The notes: generated from the letters alone by a model not told the origin. DNA of 64,000 bases from a virus (IMGVR_UViG_3300033166_000001:26654-90653); one strand, 5' to 3'; positions 1 to 10,565 are shown, counted from the first letter of the stretch. Numbers and translations: made by a program.

Positions 1-2919
1 GTAGATAATGTAACAGTTACTGCAACTCCTTATTATTATACAGTAGATGTTTTTCCTCTAGATTCTAATGAACCTGGAGCAGATCCCTTAGATATAGCTG
101 TAGGGTATTGGCTCATAGATAATGGAGGGTATACATATTTAATAACAGATATTTCTGGTAGTACTATTACTGTATATGATATTAATGAAAGGTCTTGGGG
201 GGATAGTTACATAGGCCCTCTAGAAGATCTTCCTGGATATGTATATAAGACTAAAAACGGGGCATTTTTACTTAGTCAGTCACAGTTAAGATTTTTAGAT
301 AAATCTGCCCCAGATATACTTTATCCTATAGAAAAAGGAATTATTTGGAAATATAGAGGTATAGAAATAAATGCTCTTTATGGGGATGGAGAAGCAGTAG
401 AGACTATTGCTGAAGATAGTATTGATAATATTACAAAACTATCTCTTTCTCCTGAATTTATTTTAAGAACAGAAGAAGATGGTTGGCAAGGAGGTAAAAA
501 ATATTCTCTTAGTTTAGATGGATTATTACACAATACCCTTCAAGATATACAGGGTACAGGATTAGGAGATGATTATATTCACTTGGATCAGGACCAAGTA
601 GATGCTCTGTGGACTAAGGATGGTTTGAATATTACTAGAGATAGTGCAGCATCTTTAACAGGCATACTAAGTGTAGATGAGATTAAATCATATACAAGTG
701 ATATACCTTTAATTAAAAAGGAAGGAAACAACGTAAGAATTTCTACCTGCATACTTTCAGATTGTGTAAATGATAGAGTGGGTATATTTACAGAAACACC
801 TTTAGATCATTTACATCTTACAGGGTATGCTAGAATAAGTACCTTAGCAGAAACAGCTAATTCAAGTTTAGTTACCTCTAATTCTGATGGAAGACTTATA
901 AAACTACCATACGATAATAACGAAAGTAAGTATTTAAGAAGTGATGGTACTTGGGCGGTAGTATTAACTTCTACTGGAGATTTTCTAGATAGCGTTATTA
1001 GAATGGTTGTGGATAGTACTTTTGATCCAGGAACACCTTCTAATGGAGATAGATATATAATACTTAATGCTGCGAGTATTAATGCTAATTTTGGAACCAT
1101 AAATGAATTCTCTGATGGCAGTGCTTTAACGTTAGGTAATAATGATATAGTACAGTATTATTCTGTGCACAGTGAATTTAGAATAGTATATGATACATCT
1201 GCTGCAATGCAACCCGCAACTGTAACTGTAGGAACAGATAAAAATGGGAACATTAATCATCAATGGACATACAATGTTACAGATGATATATGGGTAGATA
1301 GGGGTGCAGCAGTAAGCCATAATTCTTTAGATGGGCTGAATGATGGAGACTATCAGCATTTAACTGCTGCTCAATACACTAATTTTATTAGTCTTACAGA
1401 TGGTTCTGATGTATCCAATACTCTACATAATCATAATACCCAGTATGCTATCAAACAATCTTCCACAACGGATACTACGTCTGGTAGGGGATTAATTGTG
1501 GGAGCGTTTGGGCTGGGTGAAACCAATGTATTATTAGATAATTTTAATAATAGGGTTTTTTCTGGTTTATATCGTTTCTCAAATACAACTCCTAATAGGC
1601 TATTTAATTACGGTACAATTCTTAATATGAGATATAGTTCGGGAAATATATCTCAACTCATATTTCCTGTTACCGCTGCGGGTGATTTGATGTTTAGAAG
1701 ATACCAAACAACTTGGAGTGATGCTTATACAATTTTCCACACCGGCAACCTCGTCAACCCCGTCACGGGCACGGGCACAGCGGGTTATCTCCCAAAGTTT
1801 ACAGGTACATCAGCGTTAGGTAATAGCGTGATTTATGAAACTGGTGGCAACGTCCTAATAGGCAAAACCTCAGTAACCTCAGGCTATATGCTGGATGTGA
1901 ATGGAGCTACTCAAACTACAGGATTAAAAATAGGTACTTTATCAGGACTATTAAAAGCTAGTAGTGGAGTAGTTGGTACAGCAGTTTCTGGTACAGATGT
2001 TAAAACTATTAATGGAAGTTCTATATTAGGGAGTGGAGATATAACAGTAGGGGCTACTCCTGGAGGAAATACTACAGAGGTTCAGTTTAATGATGGAGGA
2101 GTATTTGCAGGAGATGCCGGATTCACTTTTAACAAAACATTTAAGGCTTTAACTATTACAGGAGTATATGCTGGTTCAAACCTAGAAACCAATATAGCAA
2201 GTTCATCTACTAGAATAGGAATTGATAGTGGAGCAGCAGAAGATAAAACAACAGTCAGATATAATGCGTTTATAGGATGGAGTAGTGGTAAAGCAACTAC
2301 AACAGGTTCGGAAAATACTTTTGTTGGGAGTCTGACAGGATTGAAAAATACAACAGGAAGCGAAAATACCTTTATAGGATTTAAAGCAGGAGAAAGTAAT
2401 ATAATTGGAACAGCCAATGTTTTTGTAGGATCCAGTGCGGGGACCTTTAATACAGAAGGATTGGGAAACGTTGCGGTAGGATGGATAGCAGGCAGGGACT
2501 TAACAACTGGAAGATACAATACAGTAATAGGACCAGGAGCAGGTTACTCATTAACAACAGGAGAAAGAAATACACTAATAGGACATGGTGCAGGAAATCA
2601 TTGTGTAACGGCTTCAGGTAATGTTTCTGTAGGAGCGAGTGCAGGAAATTGGGAAACTGGTTCTAATAAATTGTATATAGACAACCAAAGTAGGAGCAAT
2701 GAAGCTGCAGGAAGAACAAATGCTTTAATACACGGAGAGTTTAACTCAACTGTATCGTCTCAATGGTTAAGAATAAATGGGCAATTACAAATTATTGATG
2801 GAATAAGTGCCCCATCTACTGTAACAGGGTATGCTCAAATATATGTAGATAACGCAGACGGTGATTTAAAAATAAAATTTGGGGATGGAACTGTAAAAAC
2901 TATTGTAACTGACAGTTAA
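1..2919 (+). CDS. Tail fibre / receptor-binding protein, 5'-truncated (frame open from base 1; the ORF-track TTG at 583 is internal)
   Basis: Frame 1 has no stop from 1 to 2919. Contains two HNxLxxxxG..YxHL motifs, DTTSGRGLIVGAFGLG plus a knob-like domain, VKTINGSSILGSGDI, and Gly-rich NTF(I/V)G beta-helix repeats. Lies upstream of the lysis genes. Confidence 0.8.
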   Translation, partial: VDNVTVTATPYYYTVDVFPLDSNEPGADPLDIAVGYWLIDNGGYTYLITDISGSTITVYDINERSWGDSYIGPLEDLPGYVYKTKNGAFLLSQSQLRFLDKSAPDILYPIEKGIIWKYRGIEINALYGDGEAVETIAEDSIDNITKLSLSPEFILRTEEDGWQGGKKYSLSLDGLLHNTLQDIQGTGLGDDYIHLDQDQVDALWTKDGLNITRDSAASLTGILSVDEIKSYTSDIPLIKKEGNNVRISTCILSDCVNDRVGIFTETPLDHLHLTGYARISTLAETANSSLVTSNSDGRLIKLPYDNNESKYLRSDGTWAVVLTSTGDFLDSVIRMVVDSTFDPGTPSNGDRYIILNAASINANFGTINEFSDGSALTLGNNDIVQYYSVHSEFRIVYDTSAAMQPATVTVGTDKNGNINHQWTYNVTDDIWVDRGAAVSHNSLDGLNDGDYQHLTAAQYTNFISLTDGSDVSNTLHNHNTQYAIKQSSTTDTTSGRGLIVGAFGLGETNVLLDNFNNRVFSGLYRFSNTTPNRLFNYGTILNMRYSSGNISQLIFPVTAAGDLMFRRYQTTWSDAYTIFHTGNLVNPVTGTGTAGYLPKFTGTSALGNSVIYETGGNVLIGKTSVTSGYMLDVNGATQTTGLKIGTLSGLLKASSGVVGTAVSGTDVKTINGSSILGSGDITVGATPGGNTTEVQFNDGGVFAGDAGFTFNKTFKALTITGVYAGSNLETNIASSSTRIGIDSGAAEDKTTVRYNAFIGWSSGKATTTGSENTFVGSLTGLKNTTGSENTFIGFKAGESNIIGTANVFVGSSAGTFNTEGLGNVAVGWIAGRDLTTGRYNTVIGPGAGYSLTTGERNTLIGHGAGNHCVTASGNVSVGASAGNWETGSNKLYIDNQSRSNEAAGRTNALIHGEFNSTVSSQWLRINGQLQIIDGISAPSTVTGYAQIYVDNADGDLKIKFGDGTVKTIVTDS

Positions 2920-2924
2920 ATAAA

Positions 2925-2956
2925 TTTGGATATTAGCTAGATATGTTTTAAATTTG
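2925..2956 (+). promoter_or_regulatory. Bacteroidota primary-sigma-type promoter (-33 TTTG, 20 nt, -7 TAAATTTG)
   Basis: Exact TTTG-N20-TAnnTTTG in the intergenic gap before the lysis cluster. Confidence 0.7.
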
Positions 2957-2978
2957 TAAATTAACTAATAACTATATT

Positions 2979-3200
2979 ATGAAAGAAAAGTTAGAAAAAA
3001 GGTTTAAAGAGATTAATGATGAGTATACCAAACAAGCTAAAGAAGTACTCAACATTGAGAAAACACTAGAAGCAGCTAAAGCAAGAGTTAATTCACTTGG
3101 AGGGCAACTAGCAGAACTTCAGTATCTTTATGAAGAGATGTTTAAAGAAGTATCTCCAGAAACTGAGGAGAAAAATGTTACTAAACCTAGCAAAAAGTAG
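2979..3200 (+). CDS. Small coiled-coil protein (possible fibre chaperone)
   Basis: 73-aa heptad-rich ORF directly after the tail fibre. Confidence 0.6.
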   Translation: MKEKLEKRFKEINDEYTKQAKEVLNIEKTLEAAKARVNSLGGQLAELQYLYEEMFKEVSPETEEKNVTKPSKK

Positions 3201-3810
3201 AAGTCTAGTTATTTTAGATGCTGGCCATGGAATAGATACTCCTGGAAAGAGAAGTCCTGTCTGGAAAGATGGGACTCAACTCTTTGAATGGGAATTTAAT
3301 AGGTATATTGTAGATAAAATATCTCAGTACTTAACAGCTTCTAGAATTGCTAATATTAAGTTAATAACTACGGATAAAGATATTCCTTTACCCGAAAGGG
3401 GTAACTTAACTAATACTTTATACCATAAGTATAAAAAAGATTATTTTGTATATTTATATAGTATACACGGTAATGCCTACAAAGAAGAGAAAGTAAATGG
3501 TATAGAAGCTTTTACTACTGTAGGACTTACAGTATGTGATACTATAGCTGATATTACTCTACAAGAACTAGCTAAGTTAGGTTGGAATATGAGATATAAT
3601 AGTAAAACTAAACTAAATAAAGATCTAGATTACTGGATGCTGAGAAGAACAGATTGTCCAAGTGTTATTACAGAGTCTGGGTTTTATACTAATTACGAAG
3701 AGTGTAAAAAAATGCTGGATCCTTATTGGAGGAACCAAATAGCTTTAGCGCATATAAGAGCAGCAGTAAAGGTTGAATTTGATAAAAATATAACATATGA
3801 ACTGGTTTAA
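3175..3810 (+). CDS. N-acetylmuramoyl-L-alanine amidase (Amidase_3) endolysin; alternative start 3130
   Basis: VILDAGHG, E in FEWEFN, SIHGNA, and ITESGF zinc/catalytic motifs. Confidence 0.9.
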   Translation: MLLNLAKSRSLVILDAGHGIDTPGKRSPVWKDGTQLFEWEFNRYIVDKISQYLTASRIANIKLITTDKDIPLPERGNLTNTLYHKYKKDYFVYLYSIHGNAYKEEKVNGIEAFTTVGLTVCDTIADITLQELAKLGWNMRYNSKTKLNKDLDYWMLRRTDCPSVITESGFYTNYEECKKMLDPYWRNQIALAHIRAAVKVEFDKNITYELV

Positions 3811-3994
3811 AGAAATATTTGTAGACTCATCTAATATGATGAGTTCTAAAAGAGTAGGGGGATTCTTCCTAATTCTTTCTGGAGTAATAATGGCTTTCTT
3901 TCAAGTTGTAGATAATGGGGTATGTATTTCTACAATAGGTATAGGAGCAGGATTACTTAGTGGTGATAGTATAACAGAAATTTGGAAAAAGTAA
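3797..3994 (+). CDS. Holin-like small membrane protein
   Basis: 65 aa with two hydrophobic segments and an SSKR motif; overlaps the endolysin stop. Confidence 0.6.
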   Translation: MNWFKEIFVDSSNMMSSKRVGGFFLILSGVIMAFFQVVDNGVCISTIGIGAGLLSGDSITEIWKK

Positions 3995-4555
3995 ATGAAG
4001 ACTATCTTACAAGTAGTAGCAGTACTGGGGTTAATGGTATTAATATTTCTAGGAACTAGAAAGTTTTTTCCTAGAGTAGAAGTAGATGTGCAAACTACTG
4101 TAGAGTATAGAGATACTACCATTTATAAAGACAGCCTTATTCCCAGTCCTTATCCTGTAAAAGTATATTTACCAGGAGATACTGTATATCTTCCAGCAGA
4201 TAGTGCGGAGATTACAAGGTTATACCTTGCATTACATGCGGAGTATAATACTGTAAGAAAATATGAAGAGACTTCTGGAGATAGTGTGGTAAATGTTAAA
4301 GTAGAAGGCAGAGTAACTCAGAATAGGCTAGACAGTTTAAATATTATATGGGACTATAAGAAGTTTGAGAAGACTATTACTATTACAGAAACCATTGTAC
4401 CTAATAATTGGTATGTATATGGAGAAACAAACTTTAACAGTCTAAGTCTTGGAATTATTCATAGTAGAAATAAATTTGTGTATAAAGGAACCTACAACCT
4501 TAATGATAAGACTATATCTTTAGGAGTAGGGTATAAAATAGATAAGTTATGGTAA
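3995..4555 (+). CDS. Spanin-like membrane-anchored lysis protein
   Basis: N-terminal TM helix, DTTIYKDS/DTVY repeats and a C-terminal beta-strand region, in the lysis cassette. Confidence 0.5.
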   Translation: MKTILQVVAVLGLMVLIFLGTRKFFPRVEVDVQTTVEYRDTTIYKDSLIPSPYPVKVYLPGDTVYLPADSAEITRLYLALHAEYNTVRKYEETSGDSVVNVKVEGRVTQNRLDSLNIIWDYKKFEKTITITETIVPNNWYVYGETNFNSLSLGIIHSRNKFVYKGTYNLNDKTISLGVGYKIDKLW

Positions 4556-5286
4556 GAAGTTTAAATATGCTAGTGTGGGAGCTTCTAGAATTATATAGAG
4601 CTTCACATAAAGTAACAGATTCATATGAGGAAAGGCTTTTTTATGCTTGGGTACAGGCTACCAGAGCAAAGCTAATTAAACAGCGTTTAGATGCCCATAT
4701 GAGGATACCAGATGAGCACTGGGTACAAGACTTAGGATACATAGAGTTAGAGCCTGTAGATAGCTCTGCGTACCCTACAATAGCCTCTGGTAAGTATATA
4801 TTGAGAACTGTAAAAGATATACCTTGGACTATACATTCTAAAGGAGAGCCTGGAGGATTTACTAGAATAGCTCCCGCAGATAATCTAGAAGAAAATTTTA
4901 GATTGGTTTCTTATGAAACAGCTCTTACTAGTGGTAATGGAAAGTTTAATAAATCTCAAATATATGCTGCTCTAGATGGACAAAAACTTTGTCTATTCAG
5001 TAAGGATAGACTACATAAGCAGTTAAAATATATTAGGGTAAAGGGTATATTTGAAAACCCTATAGAGGCATACGAGTTCAAAAATGGTATTGAATATGAC
5101 TGGGATTTAGAATTCCCTATAAGTGACAGTTTAGTAAATGATATGAAAAATATTATTGTGCAAGAAAACTTTAGACTTATTATGGTTCCTATGGATGATA
5201 AAGAATCTAATAGTATTGATAATGTAGCTAATCCAGCACCAGAAGCAGGCGTACAAAGTGTGCAAAATCCAATGAATAGGAGGTAG
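4549..5286 (+). CDS. Tail ring / tubular structural protein (crAss-like)
   Basis: YIRVKGIFENP and EFPI..LV motifs; position at the start of the tail gene block. Confidence 0.6.
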   Translation: MVRSLNMLVWELLELYRASHKVTDSYEERLFYAWVQATRAKLIKQRLDAHMRIPDEHWVQDLGYIELEPVDSSAYPTIASGKYILRTVKDIPWTIHSKGEPGGFTRIAPADNLEENFRLVSYETALTSGNGKFNKSQIYAALDGQKLCLFSKDRLHKQLKYIRVKGIFENPIEAYEFKNGIEYDWDLEFPISDSLVNDMKNIIVQENFRLIMVPMDDKESNSIDNVANPAPEAGVQSVQNPMNRR

Positions 5287-5290
5287 TGGT

Positions 5291-5815
5291 ATGTATTTTA
5301 AAAGAGGCAAGAGAGCATTATTAGCAGATACTTCTAGTAGAGATATGTATAATTTCTACAAAGAAAAGTGTAAATTGGATCCTTTAGGGTATGGTAAATT
5401 TATTTCTATCTGGAAAAGATTTATAGAACTTAGACTTCAAATGGTAGTATTTGAAAATGTAGAATTTCATATGCCCTATAGATTAGGGTCTATAAGAATA
5501 AAGATAGGAGGAGATTCTGTAAGATTAAAGAAGGATGGAACACTGAAACTTATTCCAGATTGGGGAGCCTCTAAAAAGCTATGGAAAGAACAATATCCTG
5601 GACTTACTCCTGAAGAAATAAAAGCTATACCTAATAAGGAAAAGGTATACTTCCTTAATGAACATACAGACGGTAAAGTTCTTCACTGGCATTGGGATAA
5701 ACAAACTTCTAATTTTAAAAATAAGGGAGTTTATAGAATACATATGAATAGGAAGTGGAAGAAAATGCTAACTAGTAAAATAAAAACAACTAAAAAAATT
5801 GAGTATTATGAATGA
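5291..5815 (+). CDS. crAss-like IHF/HU-related conserved protein
   Basis: Basic protein with FHMPYRLGSIRI and FLNEHTDG; synteny with tail genes. Confidence 0.55.
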   Translation: MYFKRGKRALLADTSSRDMYNFYKEKCKLDPLGYGKFISIWKRFIELRLQMVVFENVEFHMPYRLGSIRIKIGGDSVRLKKDGTLKLIPDWGASKKLWKEQYPGLTPEEIKAIPNKEKVYFLNEHTDGKVLHWHWDKQTSNFKNKGVYRIHMNRKWKKMLTSKIKTTKKIEYYE

Positions 5816-6056
5816 TTATAAACGCTGGTCAAAAGAGGTAAGTACTCCAGAAAGTACTAAATCTGTAATGGTAGAAGAAATAGATAATGGATTTATTGTA
5901 ACTTTCTGTGAGTATAAAAACTCAGACTCTGAAAAGTATGAGGAGCCTAAAAGAAAGAAGTTTTACTCTAAAGAAAATCCTTTAGCTGATATGGAGCCTG
6001 AAGTTACAGAAGATAGCATAAAAGACTTTTTTAATCCCCCAATCTTTCAAGACTAA
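5808..6056 (+). CDS. Small conserved hypothetical protein in the tail block (ATG 5808; track TTG 5799)
   Basis: Overlaps the upstream stop; VEEIDNGFIV motif. Confidence 0.55.
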   Translation: MNDYKRWSKEVSTPESTKSVMVEEIDNGFIVTFCEYKNSDSEKYEEPKRKKFYSKENPLADMEPEVTEDSIKDFFNPPIFQD

Positions 6057-6868
6057 TGTTCTATAAAAATTATACGCACATAGATGAAATCATAGAGAAG
6101 GTTAAGGACAGATTTAAGTTTGAAGATGTTCCTAAAGATTCTGCTATGGAAAATGCCTGGTTAGCCCTCAATAATTTGGGGGTTTCAGACATTTTAGAAG
6201 ATGCTAATTGTGAGGTAGTAATAGAAAACTACAGAGGTATAATGCCTAGTAACTTGATTAGTTTGAAGGCCATGAGAGAGAAAGAAAGCCAAATACCTCT
6301 AATACCTTCTAAAGATATATTCATAGAAGGTAATCTAACTAATCCAAGTACATCTAAAACATATGTTGCTGGGTATACTGTAACAGGATTTAGTCCAGAA
6401 GTACCAAATTCAGAAGCTGACTTAGAAGTTAATTATGCTTATATAGAAAACTATCCTAAAAGTTCTGGGTTAAATCCAGGAGATTCTATAGGATTTCAGA
6501 TAAAAGATGGGATACTCTGGTGTGAGGTACCTAATTGTACTATAGAAATGGCCTACAAGGCTTTTCCCATATGGGATGATAATACTCCTAAAATACCAGA
6601 TGATTCTAAAGTAATAGATTTTTTAGTAGATTTTGTTGCATATAGAGTGGCTATAGGTCTATATATGACTGATAGACTTAGTAGAGATAAATTTGAATTT
6701 GTAAGGACAGAATCATATTGGTCTCAGGGAGCAGCTAGAAATAAACTTTTAATGCCAGATAAATCTATGATGGAATTTATGAGAAGAATGCAGACAAGGC
6801 TAATACCTAAACCAGAACAATTTAATACAGGGTTTAAATATCTAGGAGAAAGAGAAAGACTAAAATAA
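6056..6868 (+). CDS. Tail tubular / ring protein
   Basis: YKAFPIWDDNTPKIPDD motif; immediately precedes the 1207-aa tail protein. Confidence 0.65.
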   Translation: MFYKNYTHIDEIIEKVKDRFKFEDVPKDSAMENAWLALNNLGVSDILEDANCEVVIENYRGIMPSNLISLKAMREKESQIPLIPSKDIFIEGNLTNPSTSKTYVAGYTVTGFSPEVPNSEADLEVNYAYIENYPKSSGLNPGDSIGFQIKDGILWCEVPNCTIEMAYKAFPIWDDNTPKIPDDSKVIDFLVDFVAYRVAIGLYMTDRLSRDKFEFVRTESYWSQGAARNKLLMPDKSMMEFMRRMQTRLIPKPEQFNTGFKYLGERERLK

Positions 6869-6878
6869 TTAAAAGGCT

Positions 6879-9800
6879 ATGGCTAAACATATAAATACCT
6901 TCCAAGGAGGATTAGATTTAGATACTAATGTAAATTCATATGATAATACTCATTATCCATATGCATTAAATATGAGGTTAATATCAGATACTGCAGGAGA
7001 ATCTGGTACTCTTACTAATATGGAAGATTCTAAAGTAGTAGTCAATGTGGAGAATTTTTTTACCGTAGTAGGGTTAGGAAGTTTAAGAGAAAATACTATT
7101 ATATTTACTAGAAATAGTAATAATGGAATGGGTAGAATATTTTCTATCTCCAACACTTCTTTGCTAGGAGGTAACACAGTTACTTTAAATTATTCATCTT
7201 CAGTTATAAGCAAACTTTTTAACTTTGGAACAGATATCCAGGTTATCGGTAGGTATGAAACTCCCTCAGTACAAAAAATATATTGGGCAGATAGTAATAC
7301 AGATAACTCTATTAGATTTGCTAATTTGGCAGATTCTGATATTAATTCTAAGAACGTAAGAGAATTCAACATTGTACAGGAAGTAGAATTAGCTTCTCCA
7401 TCGCTAAATGCTATTATTAACGGTACTTTAAAAACAGGTGTGTATCAGTACAGCTATTGCTTATTTAATAATAACGGGGCAGAAACAGGGTACTCTTCTG
7501 CTACTGTACCTATTCCTATTTCTTCTTCCTCTTTAACTGATGCAAACTCTGGTAACTTTATGGGGTCAGATTTAGGGGAAACTACTAGTAAAGGCATTAG
7601 TATTATAATCAATAATGTAGATACTAATTTTAGTAAAATCAGAGTAGCCAGATTATTTTATAGCACTCAAGAAGGTATTCCAGAAGTAGAAATTATATAT
7701 GAAGGAGATGCAACCTCTTCTGTAACTGTTAATGACAGTGGAGGAGTTACTCTTGGAAGTCTTATACTAGAGGATGTTAGATATATACCAAATATATTTT
7801 CCGCTAAAACTTTAGAGGTAAAAAATGATTTCTTATTTGCAGGTAATATTGTAGAAGATACTTTTGATATAGATTTTGATGCTAGAGCTTATAGGTTTAG
7901 AAATGATGGAGGAGATATAAAAGCCTCTATATGGAATAAGATTACTCCAGACTATGATTGGTGGAATGGTGAATATATAAATGTAAACAGTACTACGTGG
8001 GATGTACCAGAAAATTATAATTGTATTAATCCATATAATATTTTAGATTCTTTTGACATAGCAGCCCTTAATTTTAAATATAAATCAAATGGAACAACTT
8101 TAGGAGGAGAGGGTAAATATATTGAATATGAATTTGGAGTAGTCAGCACCAGACCTATAGATGATGCACCTAGTTCAGCTACTCCGCTGAAAACATTTAC
8201 CACAGGATATGATGATTTATCTAATCCTATAACTATACAAGACCAATTAGGATACCAAAGAGGAGAAATATATAGATTTGGTATAGTATTCTACGATAAA
8301 TATGGAAGACAATCCTATGTAAAATGGATTGGGGATATAAGAATGATAGATGATTCTGATGGAAAGTACTATGGTATAGTAAATGGTAGTGGAGAGATTA
8401 ATGACTTACCTATTAGATTTAAATTAAAAGCTCTAGCAGTTAGCTATCTAAAAACTCAAGGTATAGTAGGTTGGCAAATAGTAAGGGCTGAAAGAACTTA
8501 CGCAGATGCCACAGTAAAAGATTGCGGGTATTTAAGTGGATTAGAAAATACAACTACAGGTGATAAGGTAAAGTTTAGAAACAGAATACAGGTTGCAGCT
8601 GCATCAGCTACTAAGGCCCAAAATATATTTGAATATATTTCTCCAGAAACAGTATATAATAAAAACAATAATGTTAGTTACGATAGAGTAGACCTAAAGA
8701 GAGCCGTGCCAGGGGGCGGGGGGTCGCTGATTACAAAAGTATCTTCACATGCAAATGGTACAGCTTCCCCAGTTATTCATAGGGTAACTCCTAATTTTGA
8801 TGATTCTACTATATATAAGATACGTACTTCTAAATGTATGGAATTTAAAGCCGCTAAAAAGCAGGAGAATACTAATTTAGGAGTATTAGGTACTACTAGA
8901 CAGCTTACTAACTCTTTAAATCCATTTCCTATTTCCTCTGTGGATAATAGATGTGTGCATGGTACTTGCCTACTTTTAAGATTGGATAGTGTACCTGAAA
9001 ATAATAATTCAGGTTATTATGTCAGAAGAAGGTCTTATGGATTACCTTATGGAGGGTACAGCTATGATGCTATTAAAAGTACTGTGTATTATCCTTGTTC
9101 TCCTGTATTTGCTGTAGATAGTAATATAAGAACTATATGGGGAGGAGATTGCTATATTGGTATATTTGAATATATGAGAGGTTTATGTAGTACAGACTCT
9201 TCTATAGTGGGAACTTCTGCTCCATCTACTAAATTATGTAATCAAGTATTATATGTACCGGTAGAAACAAAAATAAACCTAATGTATACTGTTAACCCTA
9301 GATGGTCTAGATTAGATTCAGGAGTACAAGCCTCTCTGGGAAACAGAGAAGCCTTTACAGGGTCTTATACTTATAACGCTATGTGGGAAACTTCGGGAGT
9401 ACATGAAGCTGGTACCCCTGCCGGGGGCACCACTGAATACTATGAACAAGATTATGACTTATATGTATCTAATCCTGTATATAATATAATGGATAAATCC
9501 AAAGTATTCTTCATTAAACCTTCAGATTTAGATGAAAACAATAGTGTGGATACTAGAATATATAGAACAGGTAAAAAATTTAATGGTGAGGTATCTGATA
9601 CTTGGACAAAGTTTCCTATTAATAATCAATTAGATGTAGATACTAAATATGGAGGTATTACTAAACTTGTAAACTTTAAAGATAAACTATTCTATTTCCA
9701 ACCTAAAGGCATAGGAGTTATAGCTGTACAAGAAAGAGAAGTTGTAAGTGGGCAGAGCGGTGCTTCTACAGTATTAGGTGTAGGAGGAGTTATGGATAGG

Positions 9801-10502
9801 TATGACTATATTACTACAGACAGTGGATGTAATAGTATTAATGGAATAGCCAGTTCTACAGCAGGACTTTATTACGCAGATGAGTATAATAAAAAAATAT
9901 GCAGATTAGGGCAGAATGTAGAATTTTTATCAGATATAAAAGGTATAAGAAGCTGGGCAGATGGGAAAGATTTTACAACTTCTTCTGTATTATATAATCA
10001 AAACTTCAATGAACTTTGGTTTTATATAGAAGATGAAACTGTTATATTTAATGAGTATGTAAATGGGTTCGTGACCTTTACATATGAAGCTTTCAATAAA
10101 TACTCTAAAATAGGGAATAAAACATTTATAATTACTCCGACTAATACAGGTAAAAGGTTAGATGAGGAAAATACTAGAAAGAATTGTACTCTGCGTATGT
10201 ATAGTAATCCTAATAATTTAATAGTAAATAGATTTGATAGTCTTACATTTGGGCTTACATCTACAGGCGTATTTGATACCATTAAGTTTTCTAATAGGTA
10301 TCAATATTCTGATACTTTAAATTTTAGTGCTAATACTAGGTTAAGATCTAGAAACTATATAATAAATAATTTAAGGGATTATACAGGTAAAAGACTCTAT
10401 GACAATCATCTTAAAACAGAATTAACATTTAATACCTCTAGTAACGAGACTATTAAAGTGTTTGACATAATCACTAATTATACACCTATAAATACTAGAT
10501 AA
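6879..10502 (+). CDS. Tail stabilisation / muzzle protein (P22 gp10-like, beta-propeller rich)
   Basis: 1207 aa; N-terminal NTFQGGLDLD..YALNMR, GYQRGEIYRFGIVFYD and WGGDCYI, typical of the crAss-like muzzle. Confidence 0.75.
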   Translation: MAKHINTFQGGLDLDTNVNSYDNTHYPYALNMRLISDTAGESGTLTNMEDSKVVVNVENFFTVVGLGSLRENTIIFTRNSNNGMGRIFSISNTSLLGGNTVTLNYSSSVISKLFNFGTDIQVIGRYETPSVQKIYWADSNTDNSIRFANLADSDINSKNVREFNIVQEVELASPSLNAIINGTLKTGVYQYSYCLFNNNGAETGYSSATVPIPISSSSLTDANSGNFMGSDLGETTSKGISIIINNVDTNFSKIRVARLFYSTQEGIPEVEIIYEGDATSSVTVNDSGGVTLGSLILEDVRYIPNIFSAKTLEVKNDFLFAGNIVEDTFDIDFDARAYRFRNDGGDIKASIWNKITPDYDWWNGEYINVNSTTWDVPENYNCINPYNILDSFDIAALNFKYKSNGTTLGGEGKYIEYEFGVVSTRPIDDAPSSATPLKTFTTGYDDLSNPITIQDQLGYQRGEIYRFGIVFYDKYGRQSYVKWIGDIRMIDDSDGKYYGIVNGSGEINDLPIRFKLKALAVSYLKTQGIVGWQIVRAERTYADATVKDCGYLSGLENTTTGDKVKFRNRIQVAAASATKAQNIFEYISPETVYNKNNNVSYDRVDLKRAVPGGGGSLITKVSSHANGTASPVIHRVTPNFDDSTIYKIRTSKCMEFKAAKKQENTNLGVLGTTRQLTNSLNPFPISSVDNRCVHGTCLLLRLDSVPENNNSGYYVRRRSYGLPYGGYSYDAIKSTVYYPCSPVFAVDSNIRTIWGGDCYIGIFEYMRGLCSTDSSIVGTSAPSTKLCNQVLYVPVETKINLMYTVNPRWSRLDSGVQASLGNREAFTGSYTYNAMWETSGVHEAGTPAGGTTEYYEQDYDLYVSNPVYNIMDKSKVFFIKPSDLDENNSVDTRIYRTGKKFNGEVSDTWTKFPINNQLDVDTKYGGITKLVNFKDKLFYFQPKGIGVIAVQEREVVSGQSGASTVLGVGGVMDRYDYITTDSGCNSINGIASSTAGLYYADEYNKKICRLGQNVEFLSDIKGIRSWADGKDFTTSSVLYNQNFNELWFYIEDETVIFNEYVNGFVTFTYEAFNKYSKIGNKTFIITPTNTGKRLDEENTRKNCTLRMYSNPNNLIVNRFDSLTFGLTSTGVFDTIKFSNRYQYSDTLNFSANTRLRSRNYIINNLRDYTGKRLYDNHLKTELTFNTSSNETIKVFDIITNYTPINTR

Positions 10503-10517
10503 ATAATTAGTAAAAAA

Positions 10518-10549
10518 TTTGGAAGTTACAATATAATAGTTTAAATTTG
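10518..10549 (+). promoter_or_regulatory. Bacteroidota primary-sigma-type promoter (TTTG-N20-TAAATTTG)
   Basis: Exact consensus in the gap before the cargo/RNAP genes; same flanks as 2925-2956. Confidence 0.7.
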
Positions 10550-10565
10550 CTAAAGATAACTAGTT

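Noticed and set aside
1-2919. Diversity-generating retroelement target
   Set aside because: No reverse transcriptase and no template/variable repeat pair seen in the window; cannot be excluded elsewhere in the genome
8701-8725. Poly-G tracts in the muzzle gene as a phase-variation switch
   Set aside because: Runs are only 5-6 G and encode a Gly loop (PGGGGS); a frameshift would destroy a probably essential gene
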